Of a stretch of 64,000 nt of DNA, positions 47,480 through 56,138 are shown in pieces. This DNA comes from Candidatus Micrarchaeia archaeon. Lineage in GTDB: Archaea > Micrarchaeota > Micrarchaeia > Micrarchaeales > CABMGC01. Where the stretch lies: contig JBMFWW010000002.1 of the NCBI GenBank assembly GCA_049964835.1, positions 16,701-80,700 on the forward strand, written 5' to 3'. The notes beneath the pieces were generated by a model that was given only the letters and a program-made list of their open reading frames with translations, ran no database searches and was not told where the DNA came from. Made by a program: the position numbers and the translations under genes. Every line of letters starts with the position of its first letter. The stretch's first letter is position 1.

Positions 47480-48966
47480 ATTCCAGTCGATGCTGCTGGA
47501 GGACACTGCTATCAGATTTCGACAGCCATGCAAGTCAACATTCTCACTTGAGAGTGTGGCGTACGGCTCAGTAACGCGTGGTCAATCTACCGTAGAGAAG
47601 GGCATAACCTTGGGAAACTGAGGCTAATATCATATAGTTTAAGACACCTGGAAGGAGTTTTAAACTAAAGGGTTGCGAATTGGAGCATTACCGCTCTACG
47701 ATGAGACTGCGTCGGATCAGGCAGATGGCGGGGTAACGGCCCACCATACCTTTGACCCGTAGGGGATATGTGAGTATGAGCCCCGAGAAGGGCACTGAGA
47801 CAAGGGCCCTAGCGCTACGGCGTGCAGCAGGCGCGCAAACTCCACAATGCGCGAAAGCGTGATGGGGGGAGTCTGAGTGGTAGGTTTTTAACTTACCTTT
47901 TGCCAAGTTTAGCAAGCTTGGAGAATAAGTGCTGGGTAAGACCGGTGGCAGCCGCCACGGTAATACCGGCGGCACGAGTGGTGTTCACTATTATTGGGCT
48001 TAAAGCGTCCGTAGCTGGCTGAAACAGTCTTATGTGAAATATAGGTGCTTAACATCTATACGTGCATAAGATACCTTTCGGCTAGGGAGTGGGAGAGGTC
48101 AAGAGTACTTATGGGGTAGGGGTTAAATCCTGTAATCCTATAAGGACTACCTGTGGCGAAGGCGCTTGACCAGAACACATCCGACAGTGAGTGACGAAGG
48201 CTAGGAGAACGAATCGGATTAGATACCCGAGTAGCCCTAGCAGTAAATTATGCAGACATTGGTGTTGCATTTATCTTGAATAAGTGCAGTACCGTAGGAA
48301 AACTGTTAAGTCTGCCGCCTGGGGAGTACGGCCGCAAGGTTGAAACTTAAAGCAATTGGCGGGGGAGCACACAAGGGGTGGATGCTACGGTTTAATTGAA
48401 TTCAACGTCGGAAATATCACCTGGAGCGACGGCAGTGTGAAGGCCAGACTAAAGATCTTGCCTGACAAGCCGAGAGGTGTTGCATGGCGATCGTCAGTTC
48501 GTGGTGTGAACTATCCGGTTAAGTCCGGTAACGAACGAGATCCTCACTAACAGTTGCAACTAATACAGTTGTGTATTGGGCACTCTGTTAGTACCGCCTG
48601 CGTTTAAGCAGGAGGAAGGAGAGGGCCACGGTACGTCAGTATAGCCCGAACCTCCAGGGCTACACGCGGCATACAAAGGTTGGTACAATGGGCTGCCACT
48701 CAGAAATGAGGAGCTAATCCCCTAAAACCAATCTAAGTTCGGATTGAGGGTTGAAACTCACCCTCATGAAGTTGGAATCCCTAGTAATCGCTTGTCACTA
48801 TCGAGCGGTGAATATGTCCCCGCTCCTTGCACACACCGCCTACCAAGTCATCCAAGTGAGGTCTTAGTGATACAGCATCGTAATAGATACTGTTGAACTA
48901 AGGTTTCGTGAGGGGGGCTAAGGTATAACAAGGTATCCGTAGGGGAACCTGCGGATAGATCACCTC
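47480..48966 (+). rRNA. 16S ribosomal RNA (solitary, no linked 23S or spacer tRNA)
   Basis: The 5' end ATTCCAGTCGATGCTGCTGGAGGACACTGCTATCAG compares with the archaeal ATTCCGGTTGATCCTGCCGGAGG. The 530-loop GTGGCAGCCGCCACGGTAATAC is present. The 3' end is GTAGGGGAACCTGCGGATAGATCACCTC. The length is about 1487 nt. Confidence 0.95.
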
Positions 48967-49020
48967 GAAACTTTTTAAGAAGGTTTCAAGCTACTTAATA
49001 TTTAGTGTGCGTAAAATTAG

Positions 49021-49054
49021 TTGTCTTCTCGCACTATTTCTCAAGACTACATCC
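49021..49054 (+). other. 3' strand of the pre-16S rRNA processing stem
   Basis: See feature 47403-47436. The sequence is TTGTCTTCTC GCACTATT TCTCAAGACTACATCC. Confidence 0.7.
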
Positions 49055-49059
49055 TTTTT
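49055..49059 (+). terminator. oligo-T tract after the 16S processing stem
   Basis: TTTTT lies directly after the stem. Confidence 0.3.
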
Positions 49060-49121
49060 CTATTTTGTAATTTTTCTAATCATTATAAAAATATATATTT
49101 AATAATAATTATGGTTTTAGA

Positions 49122-49760
49122 ATGAGCAAACGTTGTCCAAAATGTGGAAGGACAAGCGACACCATTCAGTTTTATGGACAATTCTGTAAGATATGTTCAG
49201 AGAGAAAACTTGGTGAAGAGCTTCCTGAAAGTGCAGAGATTATCATATGCAAAAACTGTGGAAAAATACGTCTGCAAGGTGTTTTTGTAAAAGACAGTGG
49301 CCAGAATATGCAGCAAATACTACAAAACACATTCAAGAATTTTTTTGTAAGTCTGATTGATTATGATCCTGAAAATGCAACTGCAGTACTTTCATTTTCA
49401 AAAAAAGACAAGGAAGATTTATCTGTAGATAAAAAGATACTTCTACTATATAAGAAAATACTTTGCGATGAGTGTAATAAACGTGCTGGATCTTACTATG
49501 AAGGAGTAATGCAATTAAGAGGAGATAAAGCACGAATTGAAAGATTCATAGAAAGAGTAAATACTTATTTTGAAAAACGTGGAGAATTTATAGCTAAAAT
49601 TAAAAATGTGGATAATGGTATCGATGTATATCTTAGCAATAAAAAGCTTGCAGAAGCATACATATCCTCACATCATTTAGAGGTTGTACGTTCATATACT
49701 TTATATGGAGTAAAAAAAGGGAAAAAAGTGTACAGGCATACTTACTCTATAAGACTATAA
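49122..49760 (+). CDS. NMD3-like protein (archaeal homologue of the 60S export/maturation adaptor), short form
   Basis: The N-terminal Cys clusters are CPKCGR...FCKICSER...CKNCGK...CDECNK, followed by YYEGVMQLRG. At 212 aa it is shorter than many archaeal NMD3 proteins. Confidence 0.6.
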   Translation: MSKRCPKCGRTSDTIQFYGQFCKICSERKLGEELPESAEIIICKNCGKIRLQGVFVKDSGQNMQQILQNTFKNFFVSLIDYDPENATAVLSFSKKDKEDLSVDKKILLLYKKILCDECNKRAGSYYEGVMQLRGDKARIERFIERVNTYFEKRGEFIAKIKNVDNGIDVYLSNKKLAEAYISSHHLEVVRSYTLYGVKKGKKVYRHTYSIRL

Positions 49761-50019
49761 AAATAAATAAAGCATAAAATTAGTGTATGGTTACGGTGGA
49801 AGGACGTCAATTATTTCAGACGCCACGGGAAGGCCCAACCTCTATTTACCATACATCCCCTTCTACTACTATAATTCACGTTAAGTATAAATATATAATT
49901 TACATTTTTGTTTATTATAATAAATATTGAATTAATTTTTTTGTTATTATTTCTCGAATCAAAAAGGTTATATAAATTATTAAACAATATCATTCTTACT
50001 AAATCATTAAACTGATACT

Positions 50020-51912
50020 ATGCCATTAAATAATAAAAACACTGCAAAAAATAGGTTCAAAACTCTTATAAAAAACGTACTTAAGGATGAAATAAAACTA
50101 GAAGATTTGGATATAGATAGAAGCATATGCCTTGTTTTAAATCAGGATTGGGATATCTCTTCATCTATAGCATTAAGAATTGCAAAAATTATGAAAAAAA
50201 ATCCAAAAGAGTTAGCAGAAAGTATTACTAGTAAACTATCAAAGATAGAAAGTACAGAAAATCCAAAAACCACCTTTTTTTCTGAGTTTTTTGCAATGAA
50301 CGGTTATATAAATGCAAAACTAAATATTAAAAATTTCTCAAAATCTGTACTTGAAGAGGTACTCTCTTTAGAAGAAAAGTATGGTCATAATGAAGTTGGT
50401 AAAGGCAAAGTTGCAATAATCGAATATCCTAGTGTAAATCCAAACAAACCCTGGCATGTAGGGCATATTAGGAACCCTCTTCTCGGAGATTCAATTTCAA
50501 GAATTATGTCTTTTTCTTCATATAAAGTACTACGTACTGATTATATCGAAGATTTAGGTTTGCAGATGGCAGAGATTCTCTGGGGCAGCAAAAATTTAGA
50601 GTGGAATGAGAATGGTAAGAAGTATGACCAGTTCCTCGGAGAAAAATATGTAGAAATAAATAAACATATAGAAAAGGAAAATGTGAAAAACGAAATATCT
50701 GTTTTGTTAAAAAATATGGAAGACGTTTCAAGTGACGATGCAATTAAAATCAGAGAAATATCAGAAAAGAGTGTAAAGGCACAGTATCAAACAAGTTTTT
50801 CGTATGGCGTATATCATGATTTACTTATCTGGGAAAGTGATATACTAAGAGAAAAGCTTCTAGAAAAGTCATTAGATCTTCTTAAAAAGAATAACCTGAT
50901 TAATATTGAAAAAGAAGGTAAGCTATCTGGCTGCACCGTTTTAAAGACCGATCTATCTGGTAAAACAGAAGAAAAAAACAAGAAGGTATTACTAAGAAGC
51001 AATGGCGTTCCAACGTATCTTGCAAAAGATATTGCATTTCATATGTGGAAGTTAGGCATAATAAAAATACAGTTCAATGTACATAACTTTATTGGACAGC
51101 CCGATGGTACTTTCGCTAAAACAACTAATAAAACAGGCGATAGTTTAGATTTTAATGGTGCTGATATCGCAATAAATGTAATAGGTTCAGCCCAAAATGA
51201 ACCACAAATTATACTAAAAAATGTTTTTAAATTACTTGATGGAAAAAAATCCAATTCTCTTATACATTTATCTTATGGAGAAGTAAGTTTGAAAGAAGGC
51301 AAGATAAGTGGAAGAAGTGGAAAATGGCTCGGTGAAGATAGAAATTACACTGCAGATGATTTGTTAAAGTTTACAGTAAATAAAGTTCGAGAAGTAATAT
51401 TATCTGGAGAAAAAATATCAAAAGAAATAGATATAGAAAAGGTTTCAAAAAGCATTGCACTGTCTGCAATAAAATTTGATTTGTTAAGAATAGATCCTAT
51501 AAAGAAAATAGTATTTGATTGGGATAGAGCGCTTGATTTAAATTCAAATAGCGGACCTTACTGTGTTTACATGTATGCTAGATGTTGTAGGATACTTGAA
51601 AAATCTTCTATAACTATTAAATTAGATGATATAAATCTGAATTATATAGAAAGAGATTTTGGTTTTGAACTATTAAAATTGATATCTAAATGTAATGAGA
51701 TAGTAGAAAAAGCACTTACTGAGTATAAACCAAATATAATAACTGATTATTTAATAGATTTATCCCAATTATTCGGTAAGTTTTATGAGCATAATAATGT
51801 ACTTAAATCTGGAGATGCGATGGTTGCGCGTTTAGCAATAGTCAATGCGACAAAGCAAACATTATATAACATGCTTATGCTTTTAGGTATAGAACCACTA
51901 TCTTCTATGTAA
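50020..51912 (+). CDS. argS: arginyl-tRNA synthetase
   Basis: It has the class I HIGH-type motif PNKPWHVGHIRNPLLGD and a DALR anticodon-binding C-terminus. It ends in ...LLGIEPLSSM, as ArgRS proteins typically do. Confidence 0.9.
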   Translation: MPLNNKNTAKNRFKTLIKNVLKDEIKLEDLDIDRSICLVLNQDWDISSSIALRIAKIMKKNPKELAESITSKLSKIESTENPKTTFFSEFFAMNGYINAKLNIKNFSKSVLEEVLSLEEKYGHNEVGKGKVAIIEYPSVNPNKPWHVGHIRNPLLGDSISRIMSFSSYKVLRTDYIEDLGLQMAEILWGSKNLEWNENGKKYDQFLGEKYVEINKHIEKENVKNEISVLLKNMEDVSSDDAIKIREISEKSVKAQYQTSFSYGVYHDLLIWESDILREKLLEKSLDLLKKNNLINIEKEGKLSGCTVLKTDLSGKTEEKNKKVLLRSNGVPTYLAKDIAFHMWKLGIIKIQFNVHNFIGQPDGTFAKTTNKTGDSLDFNGADIAINVIGSAQNEPQIILKNVFKLLDGKKSNSLIHLSYGEVSLKEGKISGRSGKWLGEDRNYTADDLLKFTVNKVREVILSGEKISKEIDIEKVSKSIALSAIKFDLLRIDPIKKIVFDWDRALDLNSNSGPYCVYMYARCCRILEKSSITIKLDDINLNYIERDFGFELLKLISKCNEIVEKALTEYKPNIITDYLIDLSQLFGKFYEHNNVLKSGDAMVARLAIVNATKQTLYNMLMLLGIEPLSSM

Positions 51913-52276
51913 ATTTAACTTACGATTAATCACTTCAAATTAAAAAATAATATCTTATCTCGAAATAAGGTCCTTACGAAAAAGAAATATGATTATGTAA
52001 AAAGTATACAAATGATGAAGAAGTTGACAAATAGCGGAATGAGATGGACAAAGTTGTTGAGTGTTATAACAACATGCCACATCTGAATCTTGACACTACT
52101 CAAAAAATTGCATATTTTGAGAAGATCACACGAAAAATGGTTGAATACAAAACAAATAAAAGGTAAAATGATGAGATTAATTATCGAGAGGACATTAAAT
52201 CAGGATACTACAAAATTAAAAATAAAAGAAAGACATATATTACTTTTAAGCAAAGATAAGTTAGAATTCTCTAGAA

Positions 52277-52351
52277 GGGTCTGTAGCTCAGCTTGGATAG
52301 AGCGGCGCCGTCCTAAGGCGAAGGTCACGGGTCCAAATCCCGTCAGACCCG
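52277..52351 (+). tRNA. tRNA-Arg (anticodon CCU)
   Basis: The fold is GGGTCTG TA GCTC-AGCTTGGATA-GAGC G GCGCC-GTCCTAA-GGCGA AGGTC ACGGG-TCCAAAT-CCCGT CAGACCC G. There is one G:A mismatch at the top of the anticodon stem. Confidence 0.85.
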
Positions 52352-52374
52352 TTTACACTTAAAAGGTTGTCAAT

Positions 52375-53448
52375 ATGGCTAAGAAAAATATGAATAATAA
52401 AAAAAGCGAGCCCAATCTCATAATAAAACCTATAGGTAAGTTGGGCGGCTTAGACGGAATACATGTACTTTTAATATTGCTACTTATTGTGGCGCTAGCA
52501 TTACTTTTATACACATCTTACGCTAAGCAGTCAATATTGATAATAACAAATCAGAGTACAAATCAAACATTTAATAATACGCAGTGTCAATATGGAGTTT
52601 ATAAAAATTCATGCGTAACTCCAGTTCACAATGCTACTCAAATCAAAAAAATATTTGAAAATCTTTTGGCAAGTTATACAACAGTAAACAATCAAGACTC
52701 TTTAATTCCATTTATTTCAAATACTTCACAAATAAAAGAGTATTATTCTCCATTAACTAAGACTTGGGTAGTTACAGTTATAGATAAGGATATACTAACA
52801 AATAGTACCTTCTTATTCTCTGCAATAATAAATGACACAAATACTAGTAAGATAATACCTTCGATACAGACAGTACTCCCATCCCTTAAATCAAAGAATC
52901 TAGTTACAGGTAATGGTTATATTGATTTAACAAATAAAACATCATGCATAACTGAAAATACAACACCTGTCTATTGGTTTATAGATCCATACTCTCCTGG
53001 AAGTATAAATAGTCTTTCTTACTATGAACAAATACAAAAATCATTCAACAAGAGCATATCGCCTGATTTATACATACTTTATACACAGTACTCTCAAGAA
53101 ATTGCGAATGAGTATGGATTACATAATGCAACTATGATGGGCAAGTATTTATTCTGTGCTTCAAAGCAGCCGAACTTTGATGAATTTGCAAGCACATTAA
53201 ATTCAAGTTATCAAAATTTATACATATCAACATCTGAACTTAATTCCATAGCAAAGAACTCAGACCTAAACATAACACAGCTTTCTTCGTGCATTTCAAC
53301 TGCAGGAACAGCTATAAATAGGCAAGCTATTGTAGCAAATTACTACAATGTAACAGCCAGTCCTTTTGTTGTAATAGGTTGCAAGTATCAGACCATACCT
53401 CAGATGGCATATCAAGCAATATGCAGCATTAAAAACTACACTTGCTGA
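52375..53448 (+). CDS. membrane-anchored extracellular protein with a C-terminal DsbA/thioredoxin-like domain lacking the CxxC motif
   Basis: The N-terminal basic stretch is followed by the TM helix HVLLILLLIVALALLLY. The C-terminal half aligns by eye to the DsbA-like (Thioredoxin_4) pattern: VYWFIDPYSPGSINSL occupies the position of the usual D..CP.C motif, ...LFCASKQPNFDEF... follows, and SPFVVIGCK corresponds to TPtf.inGk. Confidence 0.5.
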   Translation: MAKKNMNNKKSEPNLIIKPIGKLGGLDGIHVLLILLLIVALALLLYTSYAKQSILIITNQSTNQTFNNTQCQYGVYKNSCVTPVHNATQIKKIFENLLASYTTVNNQDSLIPFISNTSQIKEYYSPLTKTWVVTVIDKDILTNSTFLFSAIINDTNTSKIIPSIQTVLPSLKSKNLVTGNGYIDLTNKTSCITENTTPVYWFIDPYSPGSINSLSYYEQIQKSFNKSISPDLYILYTQYSQEIANEYGLHNATMMGKYLFCASKQPNFDEFASTLNSSYQNLYISTSELNSIAKNSDLNITQLSSCISTAGTAINRQAIVANYYNVTASPFVVIGCKYQTIPQMAYQAICSIKNYTC

Positions 53449-53531
53449 TGTCTTACTGATGTTGAAGTACTAGAAGAAGATAAGCCAGAAAGACTAAAAG
53501 GTTTATAAGCTGAATTGTTATATGTAATAAT

Positions 53532-55040
53532 ATGTTAAAGCTACAAAGTGCAATTGAATATTTAATTACGTACGGCTGGGCAATTCTTATAATAGCTATT
53601 GTGCTTGTTACATTATTCGAGCTTGGATTATTTACACCTAAACCAATAAAGCAATGTGTTATCGAAGCTGGGTTTTCTTGCAGTAATTATTATCTAAATT
53701 CGCAAGGAGTTCTTACATTTACATTAAAACAACAAACATCTAATCCTGTAAATATTACAGGAATAGCATGCTATGAAAATGGGACATTACTTTCAGGACA
53801 GGCGCCATATAATCCTCCTACAAATGAAGTTTTCATGCCAGTAGGTACATCTTATACATTCTATGCACAATGTTACTCTAGTAATACAATACCATTTTCT
53901 GGAAATATAGGTGATTATTTTACTGGATCAGTAGCTATTTATTATAAAGATGCAATAACTCATCTTACTGAGTTAGCAGTTGGCTCATTAACAGTTCCAG
54001 TAAGTACAGATACGCCTACATTATTAAGTGCAAATCCAGATACTGAAAATTCAATAAAGATAACTATAATAAATATTGCTTCTAATACCGTTCCACAGAA
54101 CTTCCAGCAAGAACTTTCCATCAATCCAAGTGCATTTGCACAGTACGGACTAAATCAAAATATGAGCAATCTCATATTCACAACAGGAGCATACGGCAGC
54201 GGAAGTCCAATAGATGCTTGGATAGAAAGCGGCGCGAGCAACACCGCAACAAACTCTATAATATGGTTAAATTTACCAAGTAGTATTTCACCTAATGGAG
54301 GAACAGAAACTGTATATATGAGTTTTCTTACAGATAACACTCCCGTCGCTTCGGGCTACACTGGTTATGCTCCACAATTATACTGTGCGTCTGGATGTTT
54401 TCAAACAACTTATGCAGAATATGATAATGGAAATAATGTGTTTCCTGTTTATTTCAATGCAAATACATTATTATCTAGATTTACAACATATGATGTCGGA
54501 ACCTTGTCACAAACTACACTTAATGGAGAACCAGTAATATCTATTGTAGGAGATTCAATTTTTGGTTATGGGTGGGCTGGTTTTTCAAATCCAATTCCTT
54601 CTTCATTCATAATAGACGGATGGATATATACAACACAATCGTCAGATATTGTTGGTTTTACATCACAAGCATCAACTTTAGGAAATGGCTATTTATTTGG
54701 TGCAGGAACTGGCGCAGGAGATACATATGTTAGTATTTCAAAAATGACATCAGGTTCAGTTTCTAATTTGGCAAATTCAGGTCCAGAAAATGCAAATAAT
54801 TGGGAATATGTACAAATTAGTTATAATAATGGGGCTATGAATATGCAAGGAGGAACATCCCCTTCAAATTTCTTATACAGCATAAGTGCTACAGATACCT
54901 CTTATACTTCAGGTTATGTAGGAATAGCTGAATCAGGTAACACTGGAAATAATTATTATCGTTATATGTTTGTTCGTGCCTACCCGCCAGAAGGAAAGAT
55001 GCCAATAGTTTCATGCAGCGTAGGTATATGCAACAACTGA
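53532..55040 (+). CDS. class III signal peptide (type IV pilin-like) surface protein with a DUF2341-like central domain, paralogue A
   Basis: The N-terminus is MLKLQSAIEYLITYGWAILIIAIVLVTLF. The central segment NLIFTTGAYGSGSPIDAWIESGASNTATNSIIWLNLPSSISPNGGTETVYMSF fits the DUF2341 pattern (DirF...L.ywiE.w....a.vWVkvp.i.a.....iymyy). Conserved Cys pairs are present, and the C-terminus is VSCSVGICNN. Confidence 0.6.
   Translation: MLKLQSAIEYLITYGWAILIIAIVLVTLFELGLFTPKPIKQCVIEAGFSCSNYYLNSQGVLTFTLKQQTSNPVNITGIACYENGTLLSGQAPYNPPTNEVFMPVGTSYTFYAQCYSSNTIPFSGNIGDYFTGSVAIYYKDAITHLTELAVGSLTVPVSTDTPTLLSANPDTENSIKITIINIASNTVPQNFQQELSINPSAFAQYGLNQNMSNLIFTTGAYGSGSPIDAWIESGASNTATNSIIWLNLPSSISPNGGTETVYMSFLTDNTPVASGYTGYAPQLYCASGCFQTTYAEYDNGNNVFPVYFNANTLLSRFTTYDVGTLSQTTLNGEPVISIVGDSIFGYGWAGFSNPIPSSFIIDGWIYTTQSSDIVGFTSQASTLGNGYLFGAGTGAGDTYVSISKMTSGSVSNLANSGPENANNWEYVQISYNNGAMNMQGGTSPSNFLYSISATDTSYTSGYVGIAESGNTGNNYYRYMFVRAYPPEGKMPIVSCSVGICNN
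54120..54252. repeat. inverted repeat tract 1, copy A (133 nt, 1 mismatch to 60043-60176)
   Basis: I hand-aligned this against the reverse complement of 60043-60176. The only difference is ATA versus ATC in ...GTCCAAT(A/C)GATGC.... Identity drops abruptly on both sides. Confidence 0.9.
54354..54430. repeat. inverted repeat tract 2, copy A (77 nt, 2 mismatches to 59866-59942)
   Basis: The sequence is GGCTACACTGGTTATGCTCC(A/G)CAATTATACTG(T/C)GCGTCTGGATGTTTTCAAACAACTTATGCAGAATATGATAATGG. Confidence 0.9.
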
Positions 55041-55049
55041 GTTGTTATT

Positions 55050-55643
55050 ATGAAAAAAGTATTTATTTACCCTAAGTTTTATAGAACTCTAAAAAGGGGT
55101 CCACAAGTTATTCTACCAAAAGATATTGGAATAATACTTTCTTATGCCTGTATAAATAAGGATAGCGTCTGTGCCGATGCCGGTACTGGCAGTGGTTGGC
55201 TTGCAGTAAGTATGGCTAGAGTAGCAAAGCATGTTTATACTTACGATATAAGGGAGGATTTCATAAAAATAGCACAAAAAAATGTTGAGATTGCAAATTT
55301 AAATAATATAACAATAACAGAATGTGACGTTACAAAAAAAATAGATGCGAAGAATGTAGATATATTTACATTAGATATGCCTAACGCTGAAAAAGCGCTA
55401 AAGAATGTAAAGAAAGCACTCAAAGAAAATGGTATTGTAGTTGGATACTTACCTCACATGGAACAGGTAGTTGCATTTACAAAAAAATTAAATGCATTAA
55501 AATTTGAAGAGCCATATGTTTTAGAATGTATACTGAGAGATATTTTAGTTAGAGAAAATGGAATGCGTCCTTCTACAAAAGGCATTTGGCATACTGCGTA
55601 TTTGGTTTTTTCAAGAAAACCTGCTAAAAATTTAGATCAGTAA
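55050..55643 (+). CDS. trmI: tRNA (adenine-N1)-methyltransferase TrmI/Gcd14 family
   Basis: RGPQVILPKDIGIILSYACI, the SAM motif DAGTGSGWLAVSMA, and FTLDMPNAEKAL...LKENGIVVGYLPHMEQV are present. Confidence 0.75.
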   Translation: MKKVFIYPKFYRTLKRGPQVILPKDIGIILSYACINKDSVCADAGTGSGWLAVSMARVAKHVYTYDIREDFIKIAQKNVEIANLNNITITECDVTKKIDAKNVDIFTLDMPNAEKALKNVKKALKENGIVVGYLPHMEQVVAFTKKLNALKFEEPYVLECILRDILVRENGMRPSTKGIWHTAYLVFSRKPAKNLDQ

Positions 55644-55756
55644 AGTTGAAAATTTAAAAAGTTTTAAATAAATTATGTGATTAATACTATAGATACATAT
55701 AAAATTAATTAAAAGTTATCAAACAACTACAAAATACTAAATACAATGGTGAAAAA

Positions 55757-56056
55757 ATGGCAGACGAAGAAAAAATGGAAAAAACTACGGGAGAAAATAT
55801 TGTTTTGATCGGTAAGAAGCCAGCAATGAACTACGTTCTTGCCGTAGTCACACAATTTAACAACGGAGCTAAAAGTGTAAAGATAAGAGCAAGAGGAAAT
55901 GCAATCTCAAGAGCTGTAGATGTAGCAGAAATAGCAAAGAATAGATTTGTAACAGACGTAAATGTATCTAGCATTGTGATTGGTTCTGAAGAGCTATCTA
56001 ACGAAGATGGTACAAAATCTAAGGTAAGCTCAATAGAGATAATGCTTGGAAGATAA
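55757..56056 (+). CDS. albA: chromatin/RNA-binding protein Alba
   Basis: The sequence is [51 protein letters not shown]. Confidence 0.9.
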   Translation: MADEEKMEKTTGENIVLIGKKPAMNYVLAVVTQFNNGAKSVKIRARGNAISRAVDVAEIAKNRFVTDVNVSSIVIGSEELSNEDGTKSKVSSIEIMLGR

Positions 56057-56138
56057 TCTTATTTTTTATTTTTTATTTCTCTTTTTTATTTTAAAAATTC
56101 TTATAAATCTTCTTATTTATATAATACTGGTGTTTTAA

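Noticed and set aside
47688-48550. Track ORFs 47688-47975 (-), 47822-48022 (+) and 48356-48550 (+).
   Set aside because: They lie entirely inside the 16S rRNA gene. Their Arg/Pro/Gly-rich translations reflect rRNA GC content, not coding sequence.
52012-52086. A C/D-box sRNA-like pattern (ATGATGA ... CTGA) upstream of tRNA-Arg(CCU).
   Set aside because: The box spacing is about 70 nt. I found no convincing D'/C' boxes at 12-nt guide spacing and no terminal stem flanking the boxes. The match is probably chance in AT-rich sequence.
52090-52362. A 90-aa track ORF.
   Set aside because: Its 3' part is read straight through the tRNA-Arg(CCU) gene. It has no motif and no SD-like signal.
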